Notes: generated by a model not told the origin, from the sequence alone. 44,213 bases of DNA from Patescibacteria group bacterium (GCA_039714855.1 JBDLIL010000003.1:1-44213); one strand, 5' to 3'. Positions 36,225 to 44,213 are shown, numbered from the stretch's first letter. Numbers and translations: made by a program.

Positions 36225-37115
36225 ATGCATTGGCTCGTTCCTTCTACTATCTTTGTAATTGCTCAATCTGTAAAAGATTCGATTCGCAAACACAGTTTAA
36301 ACCATCATGAAAATTTTGCAGTTTTGGGGTTGGAGTTTATTTTTGCTTTTATATTTATTTTTACTTGGACGCTTATATTAAAGATCCCCATAGTATTAGA
36401 TCGTTATACATTGTTGTTTTTGGCTCAGGGAATAATTCACGGCTTGGGAAGCACGGGTAAAGTAAATGCTGTCAACATATCTTTGTCCAAAACTATTTTA
36501 GTTTCAAAATTTGTGATTTTATTTCCCATGCTCTTATCACTTATCTTCTTCAAAGAGTATGAGATATTTCATTTCATGAGTTTGCCAGGGATGTTGAGAA
36601 CAATTTCCTTACTTCTTTTTCCACTCATATTGTTTTTAATGTCCAAGCCAAATGGTGACAAAGAAGATGCTAGCAATGGAAAAACTTGGATTTTTAGCAT
36701 GTTGCAGTATGGGTTGTTTGTTGGTCTTTTGGTCTTTTTTAATAAAATGTTTATTGACTCCAATAGGGTGATGGAGGCAACTTTGTTTCAACGCTTTGGA
36801 GTTACTGTAACAGTGTTGATTATTTCTTGGCTTACTAAGACCCGTTGGGTACTCACCAAGAGATTTTGGACTCTTAGCATAATCGATGGATTTCTGATTA
36901 GTTTAGCTCAACCAGCTTATTTGTTAGCACTATCGATGGCTCCCTTAGTAATAGTGGCACCATTGCAAAAAATGCTAACTGTAATTTTAACCACAGCTGC
37001 TGGACTTTTTATTTTTCATGAACGCAAAAAAGTTGTTGCTTGGGCAAAATGGGGATATCTGCTAAGTGGGGTGGGTATAGCAATGATTTTTATTGCTGAA
37101 CTTCTAGAAATTTAG
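36225..37115 (+). CDS. EamA/DMT-family transporter
   Basis: About 10 TMs in two repeats, each ending in F.E. Confidence 0.8.
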   Translation: MHWLVPSTIFVIAQSVKDSIRKHSLNHHENFAVLGLEFIFAFIFIFTWTLILKIPIVLDRYTLLFLAQGIIHGLGSTGKVNAVNISLSKTILVSKFVILFPMLLSLIFFKEYEIFHFMSLPGMLRTISLLLFPLILFLMSKPNGDKEDASNGKTWIFSMLQYGLFVGLLVFFNKMFIDSNRVMEATLFQRFGVTVTVLIISWLTKTRWVLTKRFWTLSIIDGFLISLAQPAYLLALSMAPLVIVAPLQKMLTVILTTAAGLFIFHERKKVVAWAKWGYLLSGVGIAMIFIAELLEI

Positions 37116-37164
37116 TTTCATGCTACACTAATTTAGTACTTATTTTTTTCAAAGGAGGGTTTTT

Positions 37165-37575
37165 ATGAAAACCTCGTTTAAACAATTGCTTACAATGTTT
37201 GTAAGTTTTTTTTTGGTGCAAAGCGCGATTGTATACTTAGCAAGCATGCTTTTTGCGGATCAGGTGGTGCTGGGAACACATCTCTACTCTCCCTTGCAAG
37301 GACTTTTACAGAGCATGTTTGTTTTGACCCTTATTATGGTGGGGGCTATGCCAGTTATTGAGCTAGTGCTCAAACGCTACAAGATCAAGTTTCAAGATAA
37401 ACACTGGTTGCTTTTGTATTTTGTTATTAATACAGTGGCGATATGGGTGGTAGCCAGATTTGCCGAGCAATTAGGATTCGGAATCAGCTCTTGGTTGGTG
37501 GCAGTCATTTTAGGATTGATTTTTGGTGTGGATCAAGCTTTGATTGTAAAGAAAATAAGCAGCAAACTGAAATAA
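37165..37575 (+). CDS. 4-TM membrane protein
   Basis: Four hydrophobic helices and SD AAGGAGG upstream. Confidence 0.75.
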   Translation: MKTSFKQLLTMFVSFFLVQSAIVYLASMLFADQVVLGTHLYSPLQGLLQSMFVLTLIMVGAMPVIELVLKRYKIKFQDKHWLLLYFVINTVAIWVVARFAEQLGFGISSWLVAVILGLIFGVDQALIVKKISSKLK

Positions 37576-37591
37576 GATTGAAAGAAAAAAA

Positions 37592-37765
37592 CTAAAGATA
37601 ATTTTGCACCATTCCTAGGATATATCCAGCCATAAAAATGGCTAGGTACAAGAATATTTGTTGGATTGTTTTGATATATTTATCTTGCTTATTGCGTTTG
37701 CCAATATTTACAGCTGAGCTTATTTTTTGCGAAACAGTTTTTTTTCTTGAAAATAAATTTTTCAT
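37592..37765 (-). CDS. 57-aa small protein with a C-terminal TM (below the ORF-track cutoff)
   Basis: MKNLFSRKKTVSQKISSAVNIGKRNKQDKYIKTIQQIFLYLAIFMAGYILGMVQNYL*, with TATACT 7 nt upstream. Confidence 0.6.
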   Translation of the reverse strand: MKNLFSRKKTVSQKISSAVNIGKRNKQDKYIKTIQQIFLYLAIFMAGYILGMVQNYL

Positions 37766-37802
37766 AAGTATGAGTATACTAGTTACTAAGCAACTAAGTA
37801 TA

Positions 37803-38480
37803 CTAGCTGAGATTTAATCCCCTTCTTTTTAGCCAACCCCTATTTTTTTTATGCTCAGGATCAAACTTTTCTACTAAATTCCAAAAAGATCTCGAATGAT
37901 CCATGTGTTTTCTATGAGCCAATTCGTGAATAATTACATAATCTATTACTTTGGGTGGGGTGTGTACCAATCGCCAATTAAAATTTAAATTACCTTTACT
38001 ACTGCAGCTGCCCCATCTGGTTTTTTGCTCTCGCAAAGTAATTTTTCCGAATGAAATTTTCATCTTTTTGGCTATAGCATGAGTTCTGGGAATTATATAT
38101 TTTGTTGCTGTATTTTTTAGAAATCTATTTATGGCTTTTTCAGAATTAGCTTTGGTATTTTTTAATAAATTTATATTAATATTATTTTCAATTGTTTTTA
38201 CGCCGGGCAATATACTAATATCTGACTTAATTATTTTTTTGTATTTTTTACCAAATATTAAAATTTCGTTATTATTAACAGCAAAGTTTTTGCTAGCTTT
38301 TTGTTGAATTAAAGCTTTTTCTATCCATGTTTTATTTTTTTTTACAAAAAGATTTATTACAAATTTGGGAGTCATTTTGGGCGTGACTACTACCACCTGA
38401 CCACTGCCATCAATTTTAATTTTTATTGACTTGGATTTGGGATGAGTTTTGTGGATATATGAGATTGCTTTCTTTATCAC
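37803..38480 (-). CDS. YgjP/DUF45-family metal-dependent hydrolase
   Basis: KTRWGSCS..G.L.FNWRL, DYVIIHELAH and H...FW. Confidence 0.92.
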   Translation of the reverse strand: MIKKAISYIHKTHPKSKSIKIKIDGSGQVVVVTPKMTPKFVINLFVKKNKTWIEKALIQQKASKNFAVNNNEILIFGKKYKKIIKSDISILPGVKTIENNININLLKNTKANSEKAINRFLKNTATKYIIPRTHAIAKKMKISFGKITLREQKTRWGSCSSKGNLNFNWRLVHTPPKVIDYVIIHELAHRKHMDHSRSFWNLVEKFDPEHKKNRGWLKRRGLNLS

Positions 38481-38487
38481 GAGGAAA

Positions 38488-39000
38488 TTAGAAAATTTTA
38501 TTTTTGATCAAAAGTATATCATCGATGAACTTGCTCCATAGTTCTATCAAAGGTAGGTCATTGAGAGTATTGAAAATAAAAGCATTACCAAAAAGTAAGA
38601 AAACGGCAATAATGGTATTCAGTGCTTTAGCAGCTTTATTTTGAATCAATGTAATTTTAAGAGCAAAGAACATGCTTAAAATGGTCGATCCTGTCATTAA
38701 TATCGCCTGCACCGCTATACTGTTTACTTCAGACTGTGTAATGCTGTGCTGCAATAACCTTGCTTCCAAAATAGGAAAATCCACCATCACAAACTTTAAT
38801 GAGTTAAAGAGACCCATTAGGCCTTGGATAGTAAGGCCAATGGCAATAAGTCTTCTGGCAGTAGGATTGACAAAAATTTCTTCAGCTTTTTCTAAATAAG
38901 ATATCTCTTGAGGATTGGAAATTTCCTGTTTTGTTTGCATTTGGGGAATCTGAGTGGCTGCAGGAATAGGAGCTGGAGTTGTTGAGATTTGATTATTCAC
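38488..39000 (-). CDS. Hypothetical membrane protein (3 TM)
   Basis: Start moved to GTG 39000 (alternatively ATG 39012) to avoid overlap with tRNA-Leu. TGcTATGAT lies 7 nt upstream. Confidence 0.65.
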   Translation of the reverse strand: MNNQISTTPAPIPAATQIPQMQTKQEISNPQEISYLEKAEEIFVNPTARRLIAIGLTIQGLMGLFNSLKFVMVDFPILEARLLQHSITQSEVNSIAVQAILMTGSTILSMFFALKITLIQNKAAKALNTIIAVFLLFGNAFIFNTLNDLPLIELWSKFIDDILLIKNKIF

Positions 39001-39060
39001 AGTAGCTATCATAGCACTTTTTCGTATAATACATCTGTTGCCAGTGCTTGTACTGAGCAT

Positions 39061-39142
39061 GCCGAAGTGGCGGAACTGGTAGACGCGCACGGCTTAGAAC
39101 CGTGTGGAGCAATCCATGGAGGTTCGAGTCCTCTCTTCGGCA
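39061..39142 (+). tRNA. tRNA-Leu(TAG)
   Basis: GCCGAAG/CTTCGGC acceptor stem, CACGG-CTTAGAA-CCGTG anticodon arm, long variable arm and GGTTCGAGTCC. Confidence 0.96.
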
Positions 39143-39151
39143 CCGCAGCCA

Positions 39152-39183
39152 TAAAAAATCCCCGCTTGCGCGAGGGTTTTTTG
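39152..39183. terminator. Putative bidirectional intrinsic terminator
   Basis: AAAAAATCCCCGC-TTGC-GCGAGGGTTTTTT between convergent units. Confidence 0.6.
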
Positions 39184-39265
39184 AATCAGAACGTACCCCC
39201 GGTGAGGAGAAACCTTCTGATATGTTTAGAAGTATACTAGATACATACAAATATATCAAGTAGTA

Positions 39266-39949
39266 TCAAAGTATTTCTTCTTGATTGGCGTATTCAAGCA
39301 CACTAGGGTTATCTTCTTTGAGTTCTTTACCCTTGACGTAATCATTGTATTTCATTTCACTCATCCATTGTTTAACGCTCTCTGCCCAACTGCCATCACT
39401 AAACGGAGTATATTTGGTCATGATTAACTCAGGGGTATCTAGGCCAATGTCTATGTAATATTTTTTCAGTTCTCTAGCAGCTCTTTCAAAATTAGCCTCA
39501 AAGCTTTCAAAGCCTAGAGTGCCGCGCTCATGAATTCCAAACCCAAGACAATTATAAGATCCAGCCGGAATTTTATTGCACAAATTGCTTTCTTGCATAG
39601 CTATGGCTGGGAGTAGACGAAAATCAAATTCATATTCATCTGCCAGACTAACAAAAACCTCACCGAAATGATCATGGGGTTCTAGGGGTGAATTGTGTCT
39701 TTTGAGAAATTCAGCTACAATTTCTGCTCTAGCGTCAGCTAATTTCATATCAGTTTCGATGCCTTTGACATTACCCACAACCTTGATTTCTACAATAGAC
39801 TCTTGAGAGGAAGAAACAGACTCTGGGACAATGTTTGCTACTATAGGTTGATTTTTATGCAAGATAAAAAAGTAATAGGCCGATATACTGGTTAGAGTTA
39901 CACCAGTGCTAAGCAAAACCCAAGCCAGGCTGAAAAACAGTTTTTTCAT
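39266..39949 (-). CDS. Membrane-anchored lysozyme-like (glucosaminidase-type) protein
   Basis: N-terminal TM, then L..HNSPL, D.RLLPAIAMQES, YN..GFG and I..KY.P....WA. Confidence 0.7.
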   Translation of the reverse strand: MKKLFFSLAWVLLSTGVTLTSISAYYFFILHKNQPIVANIVPESVSSSQESIVEIKVVGNVKGIETDMKLADARAEIVAEFLKRHNSPLEPHDHFGEVFVSLADEYEFDFRLLPAIAMQESNLCNKIPAGSYNCLGFGIHERGTLGFESFEANFERAARELKKYYIDIGLDTPELIMTKYTPFSDGSWAESVKQWMSEMKYNDYVKGKELKEDNPSVLEYANQEEIL

Positions 39950-40021
39950 AGTTCTTAAAAATTTATTGTAACAGTTGCATCTCTACAAGTACACTTGAGT
40001 ATGATATCCTATAATATAGAA

Positions 40022-41008
40022 ATGCCAAATTTTAAATTAGAAGTACTAAAGATCAGTTTTTTCGTATTTTTAACTCTTTTTGTTTTTGCAAATAGGGTTA
40101 TAGCAGCTGATTCTAGAGTTTTGGGTATTCATATTCTTCGTCCAGAAGAAATCAGCCAGGCTAAAAGCTTATTGCTCGAGGAAAATCAAGAAGAGTGGAA
40201 GTATATTACTATCCCCTTGTCTCTTGAAGATTTGAATAGGAAAGATAATTGGCAGGAGTTTTTTTGGAAGGCAAAAGAGGCTAAATTTATTCCCATAGTG
40301 CGTCTGGTAACCAGGTTTGATAATGAATCTTGGCAGTTGCCAAATAAAAAGGAAATTACCAATCAGATTAGTTTTTTATCTTCCCTCGAGTGGCCTACTC
40401 CAGAAAGGCACATTATTGTTCTTAATGAAGTAAACCACGCTCCTGAGTTTGGAGGTCAAATTGACCCCTCTAGATACGCTAAAATACTAGAATTTACCAG
40501 CAATTGGGCTCATAGTGAGGCCAAAAACTACAAAGTTTTGCCTGCTGCTATGGATTTGGCTGCATCTAACACTTCTCAAACGATGGAAGCTTTCTTGTAC
40601 TTAGAGAAAATGTACGCAGCTAATCCTGAAGTTTTTGACACTTTGGATTATTGGAATTCGCACTCTTATCCTAATCCAGGTTTTGTGTCTTCTCCTACTA
40701 GGCATGATAAAAAATCTTTGAGGGGTTTTGAGCATGAATTGGCTTTTGTAAAAGACAAAACGGGTAAAGATTTGCAAGTTTTTATTACTGAAACTGGTTG
40801 GAGAGATACTAGTGCAACTTCCAGATGGCTAGATTCATATTATGAATATGCTATGCAACATATTTGGTCTGATCCCAGAATCAAAGCTGTTACACCATTC
40901 ATCTTACAAGGATCCCCAGGACCATTTGCAGCTTTTAGTTTCTTGGATGAAGCTGGTCAACCAAACAGACAGTACTATGCGTACAGAAATTTAATTGAGA
41001 AGTATTAA
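40022..41008 (+). CDS. Secreted clan GH-A glycoside hydrolase-like protein
   Basis: Signal peptide, acid/base NEVNH, HSYP and nucleophile FITETGW. Start ATG 40022, 6 nt after TATAAT. Confidence 0.78.
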   Translation: MPNFKLEVLKISFFVFLTLFVFANRVIAADSRVLGIHILRPEEISQAKSLLLEENQEEWKYITIPLSLEDLNRKDNWQEFFWKAKEAKFIPIVRLVTRFDNESWQLPNKKEITNQISFLSSLEWPTPERHIIVLNEVNHAPEFGGQIDPSRYAKILEFTSNWAHSEAKNYKVLPAAMDLAASNTSQTMEAFLYLEKMYAANPEVFDTLDYWNSHSYPNPGFVSSPTRHDKKSLRGFEHELAFVKDKTGKDLQVFITETGWRDTSATSRWLDSYYEYAMQHIWSDPRIKAVTPFILQGSPGPFAAFSFLDEAGQPNRQYYAYRNLIEKY

Positions 41009-41697
41009 TTGATGCCCGCAGAATTTAGGTTGACTTGCCCTGTTTGAGTTAAATTTTCTGTTTTGTAAGCAAAGGCCTTGTGCCATTCCTCGTATTTTGA
41101 TTTTATTTTTTCGAGATTTGGTTCGCCAAAAAATTCAAGTAATTTGTTAAATTGTTCCACCTTATCTTTTCCGTATCTATTAAGAGATTCAATGATGTGT
41201 TCTTTACTTTTAAACTTGGGGGTTTTTGAATGAAATTTGGCTGCGTATCCTACCAGTTGCCCTTCTATTGTTTGAGGGATTAGATCTTGGACTGGCAAAT
41301 TGAGGCCGTAATTTTGGATATCTTGAGCAGTAAGACCGACACCAGTGTGAGTGTAGGCTGCTTCTACTATCACTGGGTCCAAGCCTTCTTTTTGAAGTAT
41401 TTTTGCACCTGTTACCACGTGTTGAATATAAGGTTTTTCGGAAGGTGTTTGATCTGGAATCCACTCAAAACCACCACAACAATAGACTCCGATATCATGT
41501 AAGAGTGCAGCTTGAATTGCGTGGGGGATGTTTATACTGCTGCTGTCAAAATATTTTGATGATAATAATTGCTGCACTATGTCAGCCACAATATTACAAT
41601 GTGTCCAAACCAAATCAAGTAGGACGAGTGATTTTGCATATTTTTGATGCAAAGCCAGGGCTCTAGGGTGTTGGTTTTGGTTTACAAACTCAATCAC
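41005..41697 (-). CDS. HD-domain (HDIG-type) phosphohydrolase
   Basis: WTHC..VA, LLHDIG, H...GA.IL and HTGVG. The final Asp (YADKF) appears as YAAKF. Confidence 0.85.
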   Translation of the reverse strand: MIEFVNQNQHPRALALHQKYAKSLVLLDLVWTHCNIVADIVQQLLSSKYFDSSSINIPHAIQAALLHDIGVYCCGGFEWIPDQTPSEKPYIQHVVTGAKILQKEGLDPVIVEAAYTHTGVGLTAQDIQNYGLNLPVQDLIPQTIEGQLVGYAAKFHSKTPKFKSKEHIIESLNRYGKDKVEQFNKLLEFFGEPNLEKIKSKYEEWHKAFAYKTENLTQTGQVNLNSAGIN

Positions 41698-41826
41698 AGT
41701 TGCTCTAGTTGTAACATATTTTTTATTCAGTTAGGGCAATAAAAAAATATTTGTAATTTATTGCTAAAAATCAGTATAGCATTCTTGGAAGAGTGATATA
41801 ATTGGTTCTCGCGTGGCGAGTATTTT

Positions 41827-41903
41827 GCGCCAGTAGCTCAGTGGATTAGAGCAGTGGTCTTCGGAACCAAAGGCCGGGGGTTCGAATCCCTCCTGGCGCA
41901 CCA
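41827..41903 (+). tRNA. tRNA-Arg(TCG), CCA encoded
   Basis: GCGCCAG/CTGGCGC acceptor stem, CTTCGGA anticodon loop and GGTTCGAATCC. Confidence 0.95.
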
Positions 41904-41993
41904 TTGGTTTTGGTTTTATAATCTAGGGCCTGTTTAGAATTTGTTATTTTAAATTTGTTTAGGATTTGGAATTTACCACAGTAGGTAGTATTT

Positions 41994-42067
41994 GGGTCCG
42001 TAGCTCAGTTGGTTAGAGCGACAGCCTTTTAAGCTGTGCGTCCCGGGTTCGAGTCCCGGCGGACTCA
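41994..42067 (+). tRNA. tRNA-Lys(TTT)
   Basis: GGGTCCG/CGGACTC acceptor stem and ACAGC-CTTTTAA-GCTGT anticodon arm. Confidence 0.96.
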
Positions 42068-42133
42068 CTTTGGCCTCGTGTGTTACCGATGTATATTGCC
42101 AACTTTGACTTTTCTGCTTAGAATTGCTCAAAT

Positions 42134-42865
42134 ATGTCAGTTCGTTACTACCCGCTTGTAAATAGGTTTATTAGCTCTCTGCAACTTAATGATAGGGACG
42201 TTGATTCTAAGGCTAAAAAAACTTCTTTTTTCGATCAGCCTTTTATTACTATTGCTAGGGAACCTGGTAGCGGAGGTGCTCCTGTAGCCAAAGCTGTAGC
42301 CAAAAAACTAGGCTTTGTTTTTGTGGACAAGCAAATTATCGAGAAAGTTGCCAAATCTACCAAAAAGCGAAAAGAGGTTATTAAGCAAATTGATGAAAAA
42401 GAACGAACTGCCATGTCCGACATGATTCACTCGATTTTTAATAAGGATTATGTAAGTGATATCAAATATCTTACTGAAATGACCAAAGTGGTGATGGCGT
42501 ATGCCCATAAAGGGCGTGTAGTGATTTTGGGCAGAGGGGCCAACTTTATTACCCCAATGGCAAAAGGTTTGCATGTCAGTATTACGGCGCCTTATGCCAC
42601 TAGGGTGAAAAGAGCCATGGATTATGAGGGTTTTTCTAGAACTCAGGCTAAAGAAGTCATCAGTAATGTTGAAAAAACTAGGCGGGCTTTTGTTAAGCAA
42701 TATTTAAAACGTGATAGTAAAAAAGCCAATGCTTATGATTTAACTCTTAATACTGCTTATTTGTCTGTCGATCAATCTAGAGACATTATTGTTGAGGCTT
42801 TTTGTAACAAATTTTCTCGTTTTAAGCGCTATGGTTCTTTATTCAAGACAGCAGTTTCCCAATGA
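42134..42865 (+). CDS. Cytidylate-kinase-like family protein
   Basis: ITIAREPGSGG..VA..VA.KLG, VILGRGA and R.AF..QY......YDL.LN. Confidence 0.88.
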   Translation: MSVRYYPLVNRFISSLQLNDRDVDSKAKKTSFFDQPFITIAREPGSGGAPVAKAVAKKLGFVFVDKQIIEKVAKSTKKRKEVIKQIDEKERTAMSDMIHSIFNKDYVSDIKYLTEMTKVVMAYAHKGRVVILGRGANFITPMAKGLHVSITAPYATRVKRAMDYEGFSRTQAKEVISNVEKTRRAFVKQYLKRDSKKANAYDLTLNTAYLSVDQSRDIIVEAFCNKFSRFKRYGSLFKTAVSQ

Positions 42866-43509
42866 ATACTTCCCAAGTTTACAAGAAATATAAAATTATG
42901 CCCTCTTTGCAGCAGCATCAATTGCGTGTGGCGGCAGTTGCAAAATTAATTTGCGAAAATTTTACCAACCATATAGATTCTAAATCTATAATTACAGCTT
43001 GTTTACTTCATGATATGGGCAATATTCTGAAATCTGACCTCACTTTATTTCCAGATTTTTTGAAGCCTGAGGGTTTAGAATATTGGCAAGTTGTTAAAGA
43101 AGAATTTAGGGAAAAATATGGTGATGATGAGCATTGGGCCAGCATGCTCATTTCTAAAGAACTCGGAGTAAAGCAAAAAGTTTTGGATTTGATTGATGGT
43201 ATTGGTTTCGAAAACATTGAAAAACATTTTTCTGCAAAAGATTTGGAAAACATGATCTGCGAGTATGCTGACTGTAGGGTGGCTCCTCATGGGGTTGTTA
43301 GCTTGGATGAAAGATTGACTGATCTTGAAGAGCGTTATGGTTTTAGGTATCCGGATAGTGATCATAAGAATATGAGGCAAAAATTTTATGATCTTGCAAG
43401 ACGGAGTGAAACTTATATTTTTAAAAATCTTATTATAAAGCCAAAAGATATCAGTGCGGAGGCTTTGAATGATACAATTCCGGAGTTACGCTTATTTGAA
43501 ATTTCTTAA
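42862..43509 (+). CDS. HD-domain protein
   Basis: HQLRVAAVA, LLHDMGN and YAD.RV.P.G..SL.ER..DL..RY. Confidence 0.85.
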   Translation: MNTSQVYKKYKIMPSLQQHQLRVAAVAKLICENFTNHIDSKSIITACLLHDMGNILKSDLTLFPDFLKPEGLEYWQVVKEEFREKYGDDEHWASMLISKELGVKQKVLDLIDGIGFENIEKHFSAKDLENMICEYADCRVAPHGVVSLDERLTDLEERYGFRYPDSDHKNMRQKFYDLARRSETYIFKNLIIKPKDISAEALNDTIPELRLFEIS

Positions 43510-43541
43510 TAATAGATACCGAAGTGCTTGCACTGAGCTTA

Positions 43542-43625
43542 GCCGAAGTGGCGGAACTGGTAGACGCGTACGCCTCAGAAGCGTATGGATGTATTTCCTT
43601 GGAGGTTCGAGTCCTCTCTTCGGCA
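43542..43625 (+). tRNA. tRNA-Leu(CAG)
   Basis: GCCGAAG/CTTCGGC acceptor stem, TACGC-CTCAGAA-GCGTA anticodon arm and long variable arm. Confidence 0.95.
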
Positions 43626-43656
43626 CAAAAGCTGATATAATGTGCTTTCTCGTTAA

Positions 43657-43706
43657 GCCCAGGTGGCCCGCCTTCGCCAAGGCTTCGGCAGGGCTAATGG
43701 AACTGG
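43657..43706 (+). pseudogene. tRNA-Leu 5' fragment split by a 31-nt palindrome
   Basis: GCCCAGGTGG [CCCGCCTTCGCCAAGGCTTCGGCAGGGCTAA] TGGAACTGG, compared with the intact GCCCAGGTGGTGAAATTGG at 43724. Confidence 0.75.
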
Positions 43707-43723
43707 AGTTGAAGTTTTTAAAA

Positions 43724-43805
43724 GCCCAGGTGGTGAAATTGGTAGACACGCAGTCTTGAGGAGGCTGTCCTTTCGGGGATGGAGGTTCAAGTCCTCTCCT
43801 GGGCA
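43724..43805 (+). tRNA. tRNA-Leu(GAG)
   Basis: GCCCAGG/CCTGGGC acceptor stem and CAGTC-TTGAGGA-GGCTG anticodon arm. Confidence 0.95.
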
Positions 43806-43817
43806 CTATTTAATATT

Positions 43818-43893
43818 GGCCGCTTAGTCTCAGCTGGTTAGAGCGTCCGGTTTACATCCGGAAGGTCGTCCCGCCATGGCGGGACAGCGGCAA
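43818..43893 (+). pseudogene. tRNA-Val(TAC)-like gene whose T-arm is an 18-bp palindrome
   Basis: GCCGCT/AGCGGC acceptor stem, D-arm, and TCCGG-TTTACAT-CCGGA anticodon arm. GTCCCGCCATGGCGGGAC replaces the TTCGA arm. Confidence 0.8.
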
Positions 43894-43900
43894 ACAAATA

Positions 43901-43974
43901 GGACTCATGGCTCAGTTGGTTAGAGCGCCTCGTTTACATCGAGGAGGTCGGAGGTTCGAATCCTCCTGAGTCCA
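43901..43974 (+). tRNA. tRNA-Val(TAC)
   Basis: GGACTCA/TGAGTCC acceptor stem, CCTCG-TTTACAT-CGAGG anticodon arm and GGTTCGAATCC. Confidence 0.96.
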
Positions 43975-44004
43975 CAAAACTTGTGTTAGAATTATCAAGT
44001 TAAA

Positions 44005-44063
44005 AACAAGCCAAGCTAGCTCCTCCTTCGCTAAAGCTACGGAAGGACGCAGCAAGGTGGTCA
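44005..44063 (+). pseudogene. tRNA-Phe 5' duplicate split by a 32-nt palindrome
   Basis: AACAAGCCAAGCTAGC [TCCTCCTTCGCTAAAGCTACGGAAGGACGCAG] CAAGGTGGTCA. The joined flanks are identical to 44073-44099. Confidence 0.85.
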
Positions 44064-44077
44064 TTACTAACTAACAA

Positions 44078-44150
44078 GCCAAGCTAGCCAAGGTGGTCAA
44101 GGCACGTGTCTGAAAAACATGGGATTGAGGTTCGACTCCTCAGCTTGGCA
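44078..44150 (+). tRNA. tRNA-Phe(GAA)
   Basis: GCCAAGC/GCTTGGC acceptor stem, CGTGT-CTGAAAA-ACATG anticodon arm and GGTTCGACTCC. Confidence 0.95.
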
Positions 44151-44213
44151 CAGTTTTCTCAACATCTTGTATTTTCCTATTGCATTTACCACTAAATATA
44201 TGTAGTTTTTATG

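Noticed and set aside
1833-43380. Numerous 60-130-aa antisense or nested ORFs in the track (e.g. 1833-2120, 12220-12558, 17016-17324, 24092-24439, 35840-36166, 42308-42700)
   Set aside because: They are shadows of well-supported genes and have no independent motifs.
43469-43806. ORFs 43469-43759 and 43492-43806, and similarly 38989-39240 and 38993-39259
   Set aside because: They overlap well-formed tRNA-Leu genes and palindromic repeats.

Overview
This is an AT-rich bacterial chromosomal window, most likely from a Patescibacteria (CPR) Microgenomates-type organism. That assignment is inferred from 16S signatures, gene content and repeat style, not from a database search. It begins in the 5' third of a minus-strand 16S rRNA gene and ends in a tRNA cluster. 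In between lie mnmA, uvrC/uvrA/uvrB, lexA, dedA, gpmI-eno-ppsA-like, a GlmU-like enzyme, PMM/PGM, holA, several HAD/NUDIX/HD proteins and surface proteins. The main observations are: (1) a tightly coupled operon (3.0-8.9 kb) with three different ATP-grasp amide ligases, a DUF1704/MATCAP-type carboxypeptidase, a dead aspartyl-protease domain and a 7TM protein ending in -EE, a candidate write/erase peptide-tailing system; (2) short GC-rich palindromic elements inserted in-frame in mnmA, uvrA, uvrB and holA, and repeatedly at tRNA positions ~9-11 of duplicated tRNA 5' ends; (3) a lower-glycolysis gene trio in which every enzyme has an altered catalytic site; (4) a 131-bp dual-coding overlap between a transglutaminase membrane anchor and the UvrC GIY-YIG motif; (5) tandem direct-repeat LexA boxes and many apparently leaderless promoters. 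No CRISPR array, integrase or transposase was seen.
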